The notes under the pieces: generated by a model
Seen by the model: only the letters and a program-made list of their open reading frames with translations
What the model was told of the DNA's origin: nothing
The model's database searches: none
Translations under genes and position numbers: made by a program
Shown here: piece by piece, positions 31,119 through 45,650 of the stretch
Layout of the letters: the number at the start of each line of letters is the position of its first letter
Numbering within the stretch: position 1 is the stretch's first letter
NCBI GenBank assembly: GCA_951406725.2
Contig: OX597814.1
Span: 94,550,001 to 94,614,000 of the forward strand
Source: Octopus vulgaris
Taxonomy: Eukaryota
DNA: 64,000 bases
Reading direction: 5' to 3'

Positions 31119-32767
31119 CTCCGTGATTTGTTTTTGCTATAAGGCCTCAGTTTATTACGAGAGCTCTTTCGTTTGACACTGTAGCAGCAGCATCGGTAGA
31201 AATATGAGACATGTCTGCGGAACTTCGTTTCCTTCGTTTAACAGTTCAGCTAGATATGTGAATGGTTTTTGAATTGCTATAACAAATTCTTTGAAATCAC
31301 AAGTTTAAAAAAAAACCTTTGCATGGTTTACGGAAGAAAGAAAATGTTATTTTAGTTACTATAAAGACGGAAATTAAAAAACCTCGCAGTTCGTGTCCCT
31401 CATAATTGCAGTAGCTGTACATGTTTAATAAGTAATTTGGTACAACATGAGACTCGACCTGACTTGTGAACTAAAATTAGGAAGAGCTTAAATATCTTTA
31501 TACACAACTCCTGAATATAAACGTGCGAATATTAAGTCGTGCACCTAAAAGCATTGGTATTCTTATTACATGATATATATTTAAAATACAAATACCATTT
31601 GAGGATGAAACAATTTTTACCTACTCTGCTTGTTGGTCCTTAATAAAGATCATCGATTTTAAACTCCATCTACCACTTTTAACAATGTAAGTAAGATACG
31701 CGACATGTAACAAAACTCCACTACTTAAATATCAGATAGACTCCTTAGACATTCTTGCGCTGCATTAAGCTAGAATCTAAATAGTAACGTTATGCAATTC
31801 TTGTTGTTATCTGAGAAAGTAAAATATTACACGACTAAGGTTACTGGGGTATGTCAGTAACTTGAAACTGCAATCAAAGTTCAAAGAAATCAATGCTTAA
31901 TAAGTTGCTTTTTAAAGCTGCATCTCACAGTTGAAAGTCACTAATTAGATGTAGCGGTAGTAGTGGTGGATTCATTAATAGCAACAAAAAACGAAACACA
32001 AAATAAACACATATGTAAAATAAGCCAACAAATATGCAAACTTTAATCGATGACACTAATTTTGTACTCTCACTGTATCTCACACGACATCAGAATCAAA
32101 TTATAAGCGAACTATTCAATCGATGTAAAGAAAAAGCCAATGATTAAAGGTTTTTAAACAGAAAATATCTACTGGAATGCAGGATATTGGTCGATATCAA
32201 TGATATAGGAATAGTATTTCGAATCGATGATTTTTATGTTTAGAATAAATTGAGGTAACAGTAATATATTAATTAGTTAATGGATATTTTTTGTAGATCA
32301 AATAAATAATGAACTGTATATGAAAGTGTTAATACGTAGAAATAGGTGTATGTTATGTGCATGAAAATAAGGCTAGGTAAAATAAACAACCGAAGGTTTT
32401 TTTTTTTTTACAGACTGTGCACATGTACATGTATGCGTTTGCGCTTGCATGTGTGTGTCTGTGTGTGGATGTCTCAGTGTGTGGATGTTTGTGAGTCTTT
32501 GGTTTATGCGTGAAAACGACATATATGATTTGTCCTTGAGTTGAATTAAACAGCCAGACATTCTTTCACCAGCTCTCGTGTGTGTGTAAGTATATATGGA
32601 AACACCTAGCATCATAGCATCATAATTTTGAGATATCTATGAAATTGTCAAAAGCGTGTTTATTTTTATGTTCTTTTTTTTACCTATTATTAGTTTTGCC
32701 TAATATGTTTTACTAAAATTGCTATTTCTTTGCAGATATCAGAAAAAGGTCATTAAAATTCATTAAA

Positions 32768-33735
32768 ATGACAGATCTATCGGACTTTCAAAGAGGTCAA
32801 ATTGTTGTTGCACGTATGGCAAGTGCTAGTGCAACGAAAACAGCTAAAATGTTTGTTGCATGAAGAAGTACTGTCTCGAAAGTAATGACTGCTTTTGAGA
32901 AAGAGAGAAAAACCTCCTCGTCGAAACAAAACTCCGAATAAAGCCAAACCTTTCAGATAGGGACCTTCGGACTCTTATGCAAATTGTTAGAAAGGATCAC
33001 AAAAGTACAGCTCCCAAAATTACTGCTGAGTTTAATGACCAAATCGAGAACCCAGTTTCCATAGAAAAAAGGTCGCCGCGAGCTGCACAAAGCCGAATTT
33101 CGCGAGAGGGATGCAATCACAAAACCACGACTTTCAAAAACAAACGTTGCAAAGCGTTTAGAGTAGAGTAAAAACCTACAGAATTGGTCCCCAGAGCAGT
33201 GGAAGAATGATATTTTCTCAGACAAGTCATCATTTACCTTATTTCCGACCATACGTATACGAATATACGTGTGGAGACAGCCAAAAGAAGCATTTGACCC
33301 AGACTGATTTCTTCCAACTATTAAACATGGAGTAGGATCTTTGATGATCTGGGGGATTATGTCTTGGAAATCTTCCGGCCCAGTGGTTTCCCTTCATGAG
33401 AGAATTAATAGTCAAGACTCTTTAAGCGCTTTATCCGATCAAATTCACCCTATGGTTGTGGAACTGTTTCCGGAGGGAAACGCAATCTTTCAAGATGATA
33501 ATGCACCAATTCTCACAGCTAAAGTTGTTACTGAACGCCACGAGAAACATTCTAGTGAAGTTGAACATCTTATCTGGCCACCACAGTCCCCAGATCACAA
33601 TATTATTGAATAGTTATGGTGCATCTTCGAAAAACAAGTAAGGTGTCGATATTCGCCACGATCATCACTACAAGAACCGAAAAATGGACAAAAATTCATT
33701 TGGAAACAATTCAAACGTTGTACGAGTCCACTCTT
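32768..33735 (+). pseudogene. Tc1-family transposase pseudogene with DD36E spacing
   Basis: MTDLSDFQRGQIV...RSTVSKV, IFSDKSSFTLF, PTIKHGVGSLMIWG and FQDDNAPILTA...WPPQSPDHNIIE. Several stops and frameshifts. Confidence 0.92.
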
Positions 33736-34388
33736 CAAATTGAACACTGGTTATTGTGGGGGTTGTTGCACTTTAATGATCAGAGAACATGTAAGTTGCA
33801 AGCGATGCAAAGTAGAGTTACTGAAGTGTTTGGGGAGCAGATTACGGATAATGACAGCAAAATATGGTTGTTTTACATGAAAGCGAAATTTCTTGTCAGA
33901 AACAGCCACATAATTGGTGTAATGAAATTGAAGGAAGACGTTGAAACTTCCCTTCAGCGAGTTTATTTTTTTCAACAGCAGTGAGTTATTTTTTTTTTCA
34001 GGGACATAATCTAACAAAAGCCCCTTTATTGTGTCTTCCCACATAGTCTGCGCATAAACTAACAGTGAATACTGCATAAAGGTAAATTAGTATGGAACTT
34101 TCTGTGAGATACCTATAGCTTTCGCTAGTGGAAGCATAACTTTTATTTAAAAGTTGATTCCTTGGAACGAATCATATGTGATTGTTTAAAAAAGACTAAA
34201 ACGACAATGCTAAAACGTATTTGAAACAACAGACAATAGTTGAAATATCATAATGGATGGGTAAATAAGCATCCTTAAAGTGAAACAACGCATTGATAGG
34301 TATACAAAGTATTAGCAAATAGATCACTGTGACAGATGGATAGTCGAAATAAATAAATAGATAAAATCCTTTCACTTTTATAAAAAGA

Positions 34389-34702
34389 CTAGTTATTCTG
34401 ACCCGTGCTTCACTCGGGTTTTGGTGGTGGTGGTGTTGTTTTGTGCCTGTTGTCTCCTTTTACCTTTCTTCTTTTGTTCGTCTTCTTTGCCTTTCCAATA
34501 TTCCGCACCATGCCAACCAAACGGTAGCTTCGAGCGACTTGCAACCCTCCTCACACCATTGCCCACACCATTTTATCCCCACTGTAAATTTTGACGCCAA
34601 TCCGACCCCATCAACCACCCCTTAAACCGTTCCCATCCCAAAATGAGACAAATAACCAAGAAATTTAACAACTTTTTCGCAGTTCAGCTTTATAGATATT
34701 GA
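34389..34702 (-). mobile_element. Non-autonomous Helitron-like element
   Basis: Minus strand begins A|TCAATATCTATAAA and ends CCCGAGTGAAGCACGGG (hairpin)...CTAG|T. Confidence 0.65.
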
Positions 34703-35244
34703 TTAAAAACGTATGGAAGCCCTACATACAAAAAACTATGTCTATTTAGGTCCATTTATACTGAAGCTCTGGGCAAAATGTTTAGTGCATGACCATCCCT
34801 GGGACATAAGTAATGTGTGTGTGTAAAGTTTGGAGTCCATAAGTAATGTGTGTGTGTAAAGATTGTGCACTATCAGTAATATTATTTAGTTATTTAATGA
34901 TAAACTGACAGCAAGTAGAGACATATCATATTGACCCAAAACTGCAAACACTTTAGATTTCAAGTAAAAATGAACTTCTCTTTTGTGTATCTGCATCTAC
35001 ATGTTATACGCATCTACACATTATACGCATATATACAAATGTACGATCTGTTGAACGTTGGCACACGTGAATTCAGCCTTCTTTCCACAGGTTTTGTTTT
35101 TCATCTTGAGATTTGTCTAAAACCTACCCTTGATGTCGCTATGGTCATTAAGGTCTTGACTATGCAAAAGTTGAACTGGCTTTCATGCCTACCTGTAACA
35201 TATCACGTCTCTAATCTGACATGAAAATGCGTGTATATGCATAT

Positions 35245-35528
<284 letters not shown>

Positions 35529-35934
35529 AAACGCTTTCAGTGAAGACCGTTCGTTGAAAACATATTGTTCGAGTGACATAATCGTTGAAAAATATACGTA
35601 GCAATATGTATTCATGGGGAAAAATATAACAAAAATACATCGAAACTTGATATCAACGACTTTTTTTTATATGAGAAGAACGAAATACGTTTAAATAAAA
35701 TATATTTCCAATTATTTTTGTGGTTATCGGAGGAATTGTTTGAAATTACATCAAAAATTAATCGTAACTATTTTGTTCTGAAACAACATATAAATTTAAA
35801 ATGATAAGAACAAATTGATTTTTTAATGAAATATATTTTAAAATATTGATTGTGTGTGGGAGGGTGTTCCTTGCATATTACATCCAGTACAATAAACATA
35901 TAATTGTTGAAATTCCTTCAATGTAACTTTTTCT

Positions 35935-36120
35935 TTTCTTAGATACAAAGCCAGAAAATTTGGGAGGAAGTGTTGCAGTCGATACTATGGACAGCAGAAC
36001 TTTATTGGTTCTTCCTTTTATCGACCCCGGAGAGATAAAAGGCAACATTGACCTCAGCAAAACAAATATCGCAAAGCACATTTCTTCGATGCTCTTTCGT
36101 TTCTGCCAGCTCGCTGTCCT
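35935..36120 (-). mobile_element. SINE (6690 family)
   Basis: tatcgaccccggagagataaaaggcaacattgacctcagc...ctgccagctcgctgtcct. Confidence 0.75.
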
Positions 36121-36499
36121 AAAATTTCAATGGTAATGAGTTCTAACAGCGGCAATGACCGCAATCTCTATGGGTGGAACATAGTCTATTAGATCTGCTC
36201 AATAATAAGAAAATTACAGACCAGTCAATGTTAGAAAAAAAATGTAGTAATATACTATAGTAAATCAGAGGAGCTAGTCGGGCAATTAGAAAACTCGAGG
36301 AGATAACACATCGCATGAATTAGGTTGTCCAAGCGATGTGTTGCTCATGTTATGGATCATGGGTAGGAGAAAAAGCCGTTACGTATTCAAGTGTGGTGAA
36401 AGTGACGTAACAACAGGGGTGCACTTCGCTATTTAGGGAACAACGGCTGAGTGGTGTACGATTCCAGATAAACTTGTGCGTTATATTAAAACTATTATA

Positions 36500-36686
36500 T
36501 TAAAACTATTTGCGATTTGCGAGGAGCTACGGAATGGAGAAAGTGAACTTCGATATCTACCTAGACGGTCTCCCGCAATCCTCAACCCAAAGCGCAGTAT
36601 ACTACCAAACAGTAATTTCAGTAGATGAAGTAGCAATAGTTGTATATGACGGTGCGATGAACAAATCGCCAGGATTAGATGGCATT
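36500..36686 (+). mobile_element. Decayed L1/Tx1-type ORF2 fragment
   Basis: ORF 36510..36707 contains YLDGLPQ...ISVDEV...NKSPGLDGI, the KSPGxDG motif preceding the RT domain. Confidence 0.6.
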
Positions 36687-36835
36687 TCGTCTGTCTTTCC
36701 ATTCTGAATTTAAATCTCACTGAGGTCAATTTTGCCTTTCGGGGTCCATAAAATAAGTATCGGTTGTGCACTGGAGACAATGTAACCGTCCAACTTACGC
36801 CTGCAAAAATGTCAGGCCTTGTCCCTATAGTAGAA
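36683..36835 (+). mobile_element. SINE (6690 family)
   Basis: gcatttcgtctgtc...ttctgaatttaaat...tttgcctttcggggtccataaaataagta...ggccttgtccctatagtagaaag. Confidence 0.75.
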
Positions 36836-37150
36836 AGAAGTAGTTCTAGTAGTTAGTGTAGTGATGGTGGTTGTGTTGGTGGCGGCGTTTCTGACATAAG
36901 CAGTGGCAGTAGTGTTGATAATGGCAGTAAGTTTTTATTCGAATTGCCTTTAAATGTGATAGATTAACAATTGTGCGGAAAAATTTAAAGCCAGGAGGGC
37001 TGATGCTATTTTTAATATCTGCAAGATTAAACAGGACAAATTGTTAATATTTTATTTTATTTTTCCTATCTCATTTTAATTATATTATTTTTATTTATTT
37101 TACGTCATTTCGATCAGAAATAGAATCGATATTATGAATATAACATTTAT

Positions 37151-37211
<61 letters not shown>

Positions 37212-37856
37212 TTTTTATCTATTTTGAGTAATAAACGCTGCAAAAAGGTTATATAACATGTTAAGGCTACTGAACTCATATTTCAAATTCTAGATTGATA
37301 TATATATTTTTTTAAAGCTTCTCTTCTTCAGCTTTTGTATTTGTATATTTGCTCTGGAAATTGCAAGTGTATAATTATGACTGCAAGTCATATTCGAATA
37401 TGATTCAAATATATGAAAATTATTAATATGAAAAATCGAAGAAAACCATTTACGTGTGTGTGTATATGTGTGTGTGTATGAGTGCGTGCGTCTGTGCGCG
37501 CGTGTATATTAATTTTTTGACAGGTCGCGCTTTCTAACTACGAAACAGTTTTAGACTCCCAATTGAAGCACAATCAATAAGAAATGAATAAATATGATAA
37601 ATTCTAATTTCTCTACCGCAACGAGCTTTTGCATAATCGTAGAAAATCTATGTTCAAGTTGTTCACTTACATACAGAGTTATATATCATGATTTTCTCAT
37701 TAATTTACCCACCTTCTTCCCCAGTCGTTAGTCTTCTGGAATCATGCACATGTCTATGTTCATGTTACTGTCAAATACCTAACGATTCTGCAAGATTCTC
37801 GTCTTACAGAGAGAGAAACAGAGACAGACAGACAGACAGACAGAAAGAGAGAAAAT

Positions 37857-38308
37857 CATTTCTGCTTTAGGCACAAGGCCTGACATTTATGAGGAGGATA
37901 CTAGTCGATTACATCGACCGCAGTACAGATATGATACTTGTTTTATTCACTTCGAAAGGACGAAAGCTAAAGTTACGTTCTGAGTTCAAATTCCGCCGAG
38001 GTCGACTTTGCCTTTCATCCTTTCGGGGTCGATAAATTAAGTACCAGTTACGCACTGGGGTCGATGCACTCGACTTAATCCGTTTCTCTGTCATTGTTCG
38101 TCCCCTCTGTGTTTGGCCCCTTGTGGGTAGTAAAGAAATAGGTATTTCATCTGCCGCTACGTTCTGAGTTCAAATTCCGCCGAGATCGACTTTGCCTTTC
38201 ATCCTTTCGGGGTCGATAAATTAAGCCCCTATTGCATACTGGGGTCGATCTAATCGACTGGTCCCCTCCCCAAAAATGTCGGGCTTTGTGCCTAGAGTAG
38301 AAAAGAAT
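37857..38308. mobile_element. SINE cluster: minus fragment 37857-37968 plus dimeric plus-strand copy 37971-38308
   Basis: Two tandem cores acgttctgagttcaaattccgccgag...gactttgcctttcatcctttcggggtcgataaattaag. Confidence 0.88.
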
Positions 38309-38399
38309 ATATACACAAACAAGTTGCACAAACGACTTCAACAGCGACACACTCGCGCACACACACAGATACACATACACACAAATGAAAGGCAATGAA

Positions 38400-38447
<48 letters not shown>

Positions 38448-38605
38448 TGTTCGCTGTTTAATAACAAAACTTCGTGCTGCATTACTTTTGCGAAGTTTTG
38501 TCAGTGAACAGAACGCGGTTTCAAAGCAAAGAAAATATTTGGGCACAAATGAAATTTTAATGTTGAAGTGAAACTGGTAATACTTAAATACAGAGGTATA
38601 TATAG

Positions 38606-38812
38606 CGGTACTACTTAAATACAGAAGTACTACTTGAATGCAGGTGTTACGTACAAACCTTTTTAAATGTACGCTGTGCGGACGCGTAATGACACCCTGT
38701 AACTAACCCTAAACTAGCTCTAACCTTAACCCTAAAAACCATCCCTAAAACTAAACCTTCTCTTCATATCGCTGCGTAGATGCATCCGGACCTTTGTATT
38801 TGAGTAGCGCCG
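38606..38812. mobile_element. MITE-like element with internal degenerate (CCCTAA)n
   Basis: Imperfect terminal inverted repeats cggtactacttaaatacagaagt / acctttgtatttgagtagcgccg. taaccctaa-like units at 38700-38757. Confidence 0.6.
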
Positions 38813-40107
38813 TAAAACTGACGATTTCTGTGTGTTCTTGAATGGCTTACAAACATCTACGCTTCAGTTGTTTTTGTTTCAGCACACGTTCTCAGAGCAA
38901 ATCACTTACTATGCATGTACATCTCCGTAATATTTTTAAATCACTGTGGATAAATGCCAGCATTGACCTTCTCATGCTTTCCAATATTTTAATTTCGAAA
39001 CAGAAACAAACGGGGTCAAGGAGTGGGTTTGCAAAACATTCATAATTTATCGAATTTTCTTTTTTATAGTATATAAATGTATTTATGGGGCAAAAATATT
39101 GAAAAACATCAATATATGTGAAAGTGATAAAGAAACGAGGAGGGTTCTCTTTGGATATGCTAGAAACAACAGCCAAATCGCCCTTAAATCACTTTTCCCG
39201 CTGAAAATATTAACAATTTAAAGAGACTTTTTATTATCCAAAATGCTCTTCCTATGGTTTTCAAGTGCAAAATTTTAAAAACTGGTCAATATAGGTCCGG
39301 AGTGGAATGAAGAGGGGGTGTAACAAAAAAGAGTTTACAAAACGTCTTTCATACAAAGATGCCTCCCACCCCATCATTTCGAAGGTTGTAGTTTCAAAAA
39401 AAAAAAAAAAAAAAGGAAAATTACTGAAAAAGTTTTCCCCACAAATTTCTCTATAATCGTAATCTATGCCGTTTGACAGGGGTTTGTATAAATTTTCATT
39501 AAAAGATACCCATCTTCCTGAAAGTTATGAGGGAAGAAAGTCAGATCCTGTGAATTTTCCAAAACTCCTCTCTCCAACTTTCTTTCTAATTCTTTCTAAT
39601 AAATCCCTATATACTCTGAAGCCACAACATCAAAACGGTGTCTGTAGAAAATTTTCTTAAAAAGTGTCCATTCTCTGAATGTCATGAGGCAACAAAGTCG
39701 GGGGTGTATACATCTGTAGTAATACCATTTTATTTATACGATTTTTTCATTTCTTGTTTATTTCATTCATTGTTTGCAGTGTTCTCCCTCACACAAACAC
39801 ACACTGCAAAGCTTACAGATGAGCTACTAAATTCAAACCTCTATGTTGCTTTGAGGGGAAGGTAAAACCTGACAAACTGCTTCTCCTTCTGTTGTTGGAT
39901 TATCGTTATGTTTGTTTAAAAGAGAGAGATTATGGCTGTGATAAAAATAACTAGAGTAATACTTACTAAGCAAATGAGCACTATTATACAAAGAAATAAT
40001 TAGACGTAAAATATAAAAAGTATTAGAAATGGGAATCAAATGTGAAAATATTATCATGGGGCTAGCAGAAAACCGCCCCGTGAGCTGTTTTTCTGCTAGT
40101 ATATATA

Positions 40108-40470
40108 ATAGAGGTCATAAAAGTCACAGAGAGAACTGACCAGCACCAGCTATTGCTAGAAACGATAATTAAAACAACTCGAATGCAACAAAAGCACTGT
40201 CTTAATCACTAACAAAGGGAGATAAGCCACAAGTGTATGTAGTCGGATCTAACGATTTCGGATTTTGATGTAGACCATTTTCATCCTTGTCAGCGACTCT
40301 CAACGCATAAGGCTAAACTTAGCTACCAATGTCAGTCTTATAAGAAAACCGTTGGCTTTTGAGTTGTTTTAAACTTGTTTAAAGCAATAGCTGGTGCGGT
40401 TCAGAAACGTCTGTCACTTTTGTGAGGTCAATTAAATTTGCCTTTAGGGTGAAATCACTAAGACACCCAT
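40108..40470 (-). mobile_element. Second copy of the 1873-2286 hammerhead-bearing element
   Basis: aatagaggtcataaaagtcacag...agcac...ctattgctagaaa...caaagcactgtcttaat...gtcggatc...gtcagtcttataagaaaaccgttg. Confidence 0.75.
40241..40298 (-). ncRNA. Degenerate type I hammerhead ribozyme (G8 mutated)
   Basis: Minus strand AGTCG-CTGACAA-GGA...TCC-GAAA-TCGTTAGA-TC-CGACT. Confidence 0.6.
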
Positions 40471-40606
40471 TTAATTTGTGGCATGTATAAATATATATAT
40501 ATGTGTGTGTGTGTGTGTATAGACATAGATATAGATATATATATAAATACATATATAATATATATATGCATATAGATATGTATATATATATATATATATA
40601 TGTGTG

Positions 40607-40644
<38 letters not shown>

Positions 40645-40838
40645 GTAGAAGAAGAACACTCCTATTAGTTGGCTCCTAATGTGCCACAATATAAATGGAC
40701 ATACGCAGAGATCCTCCAAAGCGGTGTAAAGCCGAGAGTTTCGTATTCTTGAGAGTTATTACCAATAGTAGAACGATTTGCGAGGACATTATTATTACCC
40801 TATTATTATCCTGTTATATCTTACACCCAACATGCGAT

Positions 40839-40911
<73 letters not shown>

Positions 40912-41085
40912 TGTATGTATGTATGTATGTATGTATCTATGTATCTATGTATCTATATAATTATGTAGTCTTCTTTTCTAGCTTAACATCGAGAGCTGCG
41001 CTAGCTTTCCTGCATGTCCACTACGTGAAAGCTCGTCTGACATGTGACACTTGGTGAATGAGGGCAGCAACATCATTATATAATT

Positions 41086-41128
<43 letters not shown>

Positions 41129-42032
41129 AAATGGGGAAAGAACGCAAAACATCCAGACATATATATAAAACAAATAGCGGCGTACATACACTTTGGTCTC
41201 ATATATGTGTGTGTGTGTGTTATATTAAAAAGAAAACCAGAAGTCTTGTTAATTACATCTTTGCGCGCGCATGCACACACACACGCACACATACATACAT
41301 ACATACATATACATACATATACGTATGTGCATCCTATCTGAGAGAACGTCTATATTGTCATGAATGGAGCACTTTGGATCAAACATTTTGCTCAATTTGT
41401 ATTAGCTTCATATTAACAAACTACAAAAGACAATGACTGTTTAATACCATTAATCACAAGTAAATTAAACCGTCTGAGACTCATGTTACCCAAATTTCAT
41501 ATTGAACTGTTTGATGGGCATACGGGAGTTGTTTTTATGGAGTGCTTTTTTCTTTTACGAGTCTGAGGTCATGAATAAAATTATATGTATTACATTTTTT
41601 GAAAGACAGTGGAAAATCTATATATCGATATTGTATTTTAGCTTCATTGGTATCGTTATTGAGGATGATGCGATATTTTATTACTCCTTTATAACATATT
41701 TTACTTCGATACAAACATCAGAACGCTTAAAGCATGCGTGTGCTGGAAATTTATAAATTCAGGTATCCTATTTTAAATGGACAACAAGATATTTGATTTT
41801 CATAGCCTTATATCTTCTCTCAAAGAAGGAAGCTATTTCTATTGCCTTCTAGTGAAAGATTATTGTTTTGGGTTATACATGATGATTTCAGCACGTTTAT
41901 GTATGGATAAACGTATCCAGCTATCACTCATACACACACAGGTACACGCATAAAACACGTATATTTGAAGGCGATAGTGTGCGTTTATTATACATACACG
42001 TACATATACGTTTGTGTGTGTACGTGTGTGCG

Positions 42033-42120
<88 letters not shown>

Positions 42121-42473
42121 GAGGCATATACACGTACAAACATATGTTCATATATATATGTATATGTATTTATCCAGACAAATACGTATATATAAATGCA
42201 TATACATACATATACACACACATATAAACAACATACATATACACATATTAACATAAAAACTATGTGCATAAAGACATACGTAAGTACGAATATGTGAGAA
42301 ATCTTACTTTTAGAAATATCAAAAGAATGATATATGTGTACGTTAGTGAGCGTGTGTGTCAATGTGTGTATATGTATATGTGTATCTAATGTATATATGT
42401 GTATATGTAAATATTTATATATGTATAAGTGTATCTATGTATATATGTATATATGTATGCATGTATGCATATA

Positions 42474-42525
<52 letters not shown>

Positions 42526-43668
42526 TCTCGTTATGCAATCGAATCCAAGTTAATAGAAACCTGAAAAATCAACAAAAGCTTTCACGTATATATTTTTTCT
42601 CTCTTTTCTTTGATGTCAACTAGTTTCTTGAAGTTTGTCAAAGATATACCCTTCCATTGCTAGAGTTCTTTCATCTTTATTTAGATTGTTATAATCATAT
42701 TGATTTCCAACTTAGATGCAATACCATAATTTTGCTGTGTCGAATAACGAGGCTGACTGATGCACACACTTTTCTCAAGGAGATTACGGATACAAGAGAA
42801 GGGAATAGATTACAGCCCAGAATTAGAATTTTACTGTTTGGACGTGACTAGCCGAGCAGTTGCATGTATAATGTATGAAACTATGCTCCGTTACAATGTA
42901 CAGAGAGCTAGGTGCTATAGATGTGACATCCTGCAATATCAAATGGTAAGTTATTCCTTTTATGATTTTCTTAAAAAGATATTATATAACATATACGCGG
43001 TGAAATCACTTGGAACAATGATCTAAACGAACTGGATTCCTATATTTCTTGTAAATTTACTTTTCTGTATTTGACTTAAATGACCGCTCAGAGATTTGAT
43101 GAAGAATATATAATTTTTTTTTCCATCTACTGAGTTACCTCTTCACTGAATTATAGTAGAATTGTTTTAGTATCCCACAGACGAGTGAACTCTTATTGTT
43201 ACACACGGAAAGAACCAAACGAACATAGTATTGTGTAACAAGGTTATAGCAATAACAGGTACAGTCCATCCGCTTCTCTACCCTTAAATTTCCTACCTAC
43301 CCAATCTTACTCAGATTGAAGTACTGCACGTTAAGGTTGACCCTAACAGTCATGACTATGATGCAAATTTCTTAACGTGTATACACACGATGCAGACAAC
43401 TACACGCTCACACGCCCACACAGAGAGGAACATAGTTATATATGTGTGATGGTGTGTTTGTCTCACACTTCATGACAAAACGTGCAAGTTCGCTTATGCC
43501 AACGCAACTTAGCAGTCAGCAAATACTGACCGATAAAATAAATACCACCTTTTAAAGAAGTATAGGAGTCGGTTTGGTCGACTACAAACCTTTCAAAACA
43601 GTTCTCCAGTGGATGCAGTTCAGTGACAAAAAGAAGTAGAATAGTGAAAGAAGGAATATATATATTTC

Positions 43669-43744
<76 letters not shown>

Positions 43745-43919
43745 TGTGTATTTATACATATATATGTGCATAATTACTTATGCATTTTTGTGCGTAGGTA
43801 GTATGTATGTCATTATTAATTTTATCTCAAGATTTCTTGCCAATAGAGAAAGGACCGATTTCTAACCTAGATCCAAATCTCGTTCATTGGAATTTCAACA
43901 TCAACAACAGGGTATTTTT

Positions 43920-44419
<500 letters not shown>

Positions 44420-44423
<4 letters not shown>

Positions 44424-45650
44424 AGTCATTCCATAAGTAATGTCCGGACTTCTATATTTTCAATCTGTTAAGGCTTTAACAGTATTTTAGAATGCCTAAT
44501 GGCATCAAGTAATATTTATATGTATATGGACATATTTTAAACTTATTAAATTTCATTTTGCAAGATAATCTAATAGAAATTTCAATAATTATAGATCTTC
44601 AAAAATGGAAGTGTCTAAGGAGCATTTGAGATACATAATGCTTTATAAGTTTAAAATTGAGAACTCTGTATATGGAGCGACTCAAGCTCTTCACTCAGCT
44701 TATGGAGAAGAGGGTATAAATGAAAGAACTTGTAGGAGATGGTTTGTAAAATTCAGAGGTGGATATTTCAGCCTTGAAGATGAGGTCCAAACACGAGGTC
44801 CGATTGAGTTTGATGACAATCTCCTTTTGGCAGAACTTAAAAAAGATTATGCAGTTTCAGTTGAAGAAGTGCAAGCAAGCTTTGTTCAAGCCATTCAACT
44901 GTTCACCACCATCTTCAACAGCTTGGAACTGTCTCACAACTCGGAAAATAAGTGACTCATGATTTGACTGAAACCAACCGCAAATCCCGAGAGGATATCT
45001 GCTCTTCTCTTCGTTTTCCTGAACTCATCTCGTCCTTTTTAGACAGAGTGGTGAAAAATGGATCTTTTATCGAAATATTAAGCGTTGTAGACATTAGTTT
45101 AGTGAAGGAGAAAAGACCCAATCGCAACCGAAAGGAAACTCTATGTGAAGTAGTTTCTTCTGTCTATTTAGTGAGATTGCAAAGGTGTCATCTTCTTTGA
45201 GTTATTACCAACTAATGCAACAATCAATGCTCAAATCTCGTGTCAACAATTACAGCATTTGGACACTGCTCTGAAGAAAACAGACCTGCTTTAGGGAGTC
45301 GAAAGGGAGTGGTGATATTTAGGACAATTCAAGACACCATACTGCAAAGATCACATCACAGATGATCGAGGAACTTGGTTGGGAGAAAATTGCTCCTCTG
45401 CCTTATTCCGCACACCTTGCTCCTTCAGATCACCATTTGTTCCGTAGTTTACGGAATCATTTGGATAAATTAACTCACGAAACAACCGAGGAAGTCAAAA
45501 CTGACCTTTCAGAGTTTTTCTCTTCGAAACCAAAAGACTTTTTTCACAAACGGGATTAAAGTGCTTACGAGTAGATGGAAAGGTGTCATAGATAATCATG
45601 GAAACTATATTGACGATTAAGTTTCATTAAAATGTAAGGTAATTCTAATC
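44420..45650 (+). pseudogene. Decayed mariner transposon (DD34D-type), coding remnant 44605-45620
   Basis: MEVSKEHLRYIMLYKFK...AYGEEGINERTCRRWFVKFRGGYFSLEDE, VTHDLTE and LGWEKIAPLPYSAHLAPSDHHLFRSL (YSPDLAPSD motif). TIR-like tcaagtcattccataagtaatgtccg. Confidence 0.92.

Noticed and set aside
40060-40100. Hairpin ctagcagaaaa...ttttctgctag as a Helitron 3' end or terminator
   Set aside because: No matching 5' end could be defined, and bacterial terminators are irrelevant here.
42780-42945. Possible plus-strand exon (ttctcaag...atg|gtaagt) in ORF 42760..43026
   Set aside because: The peptide is unrecognisable and there are no supporting neighbouring exons.
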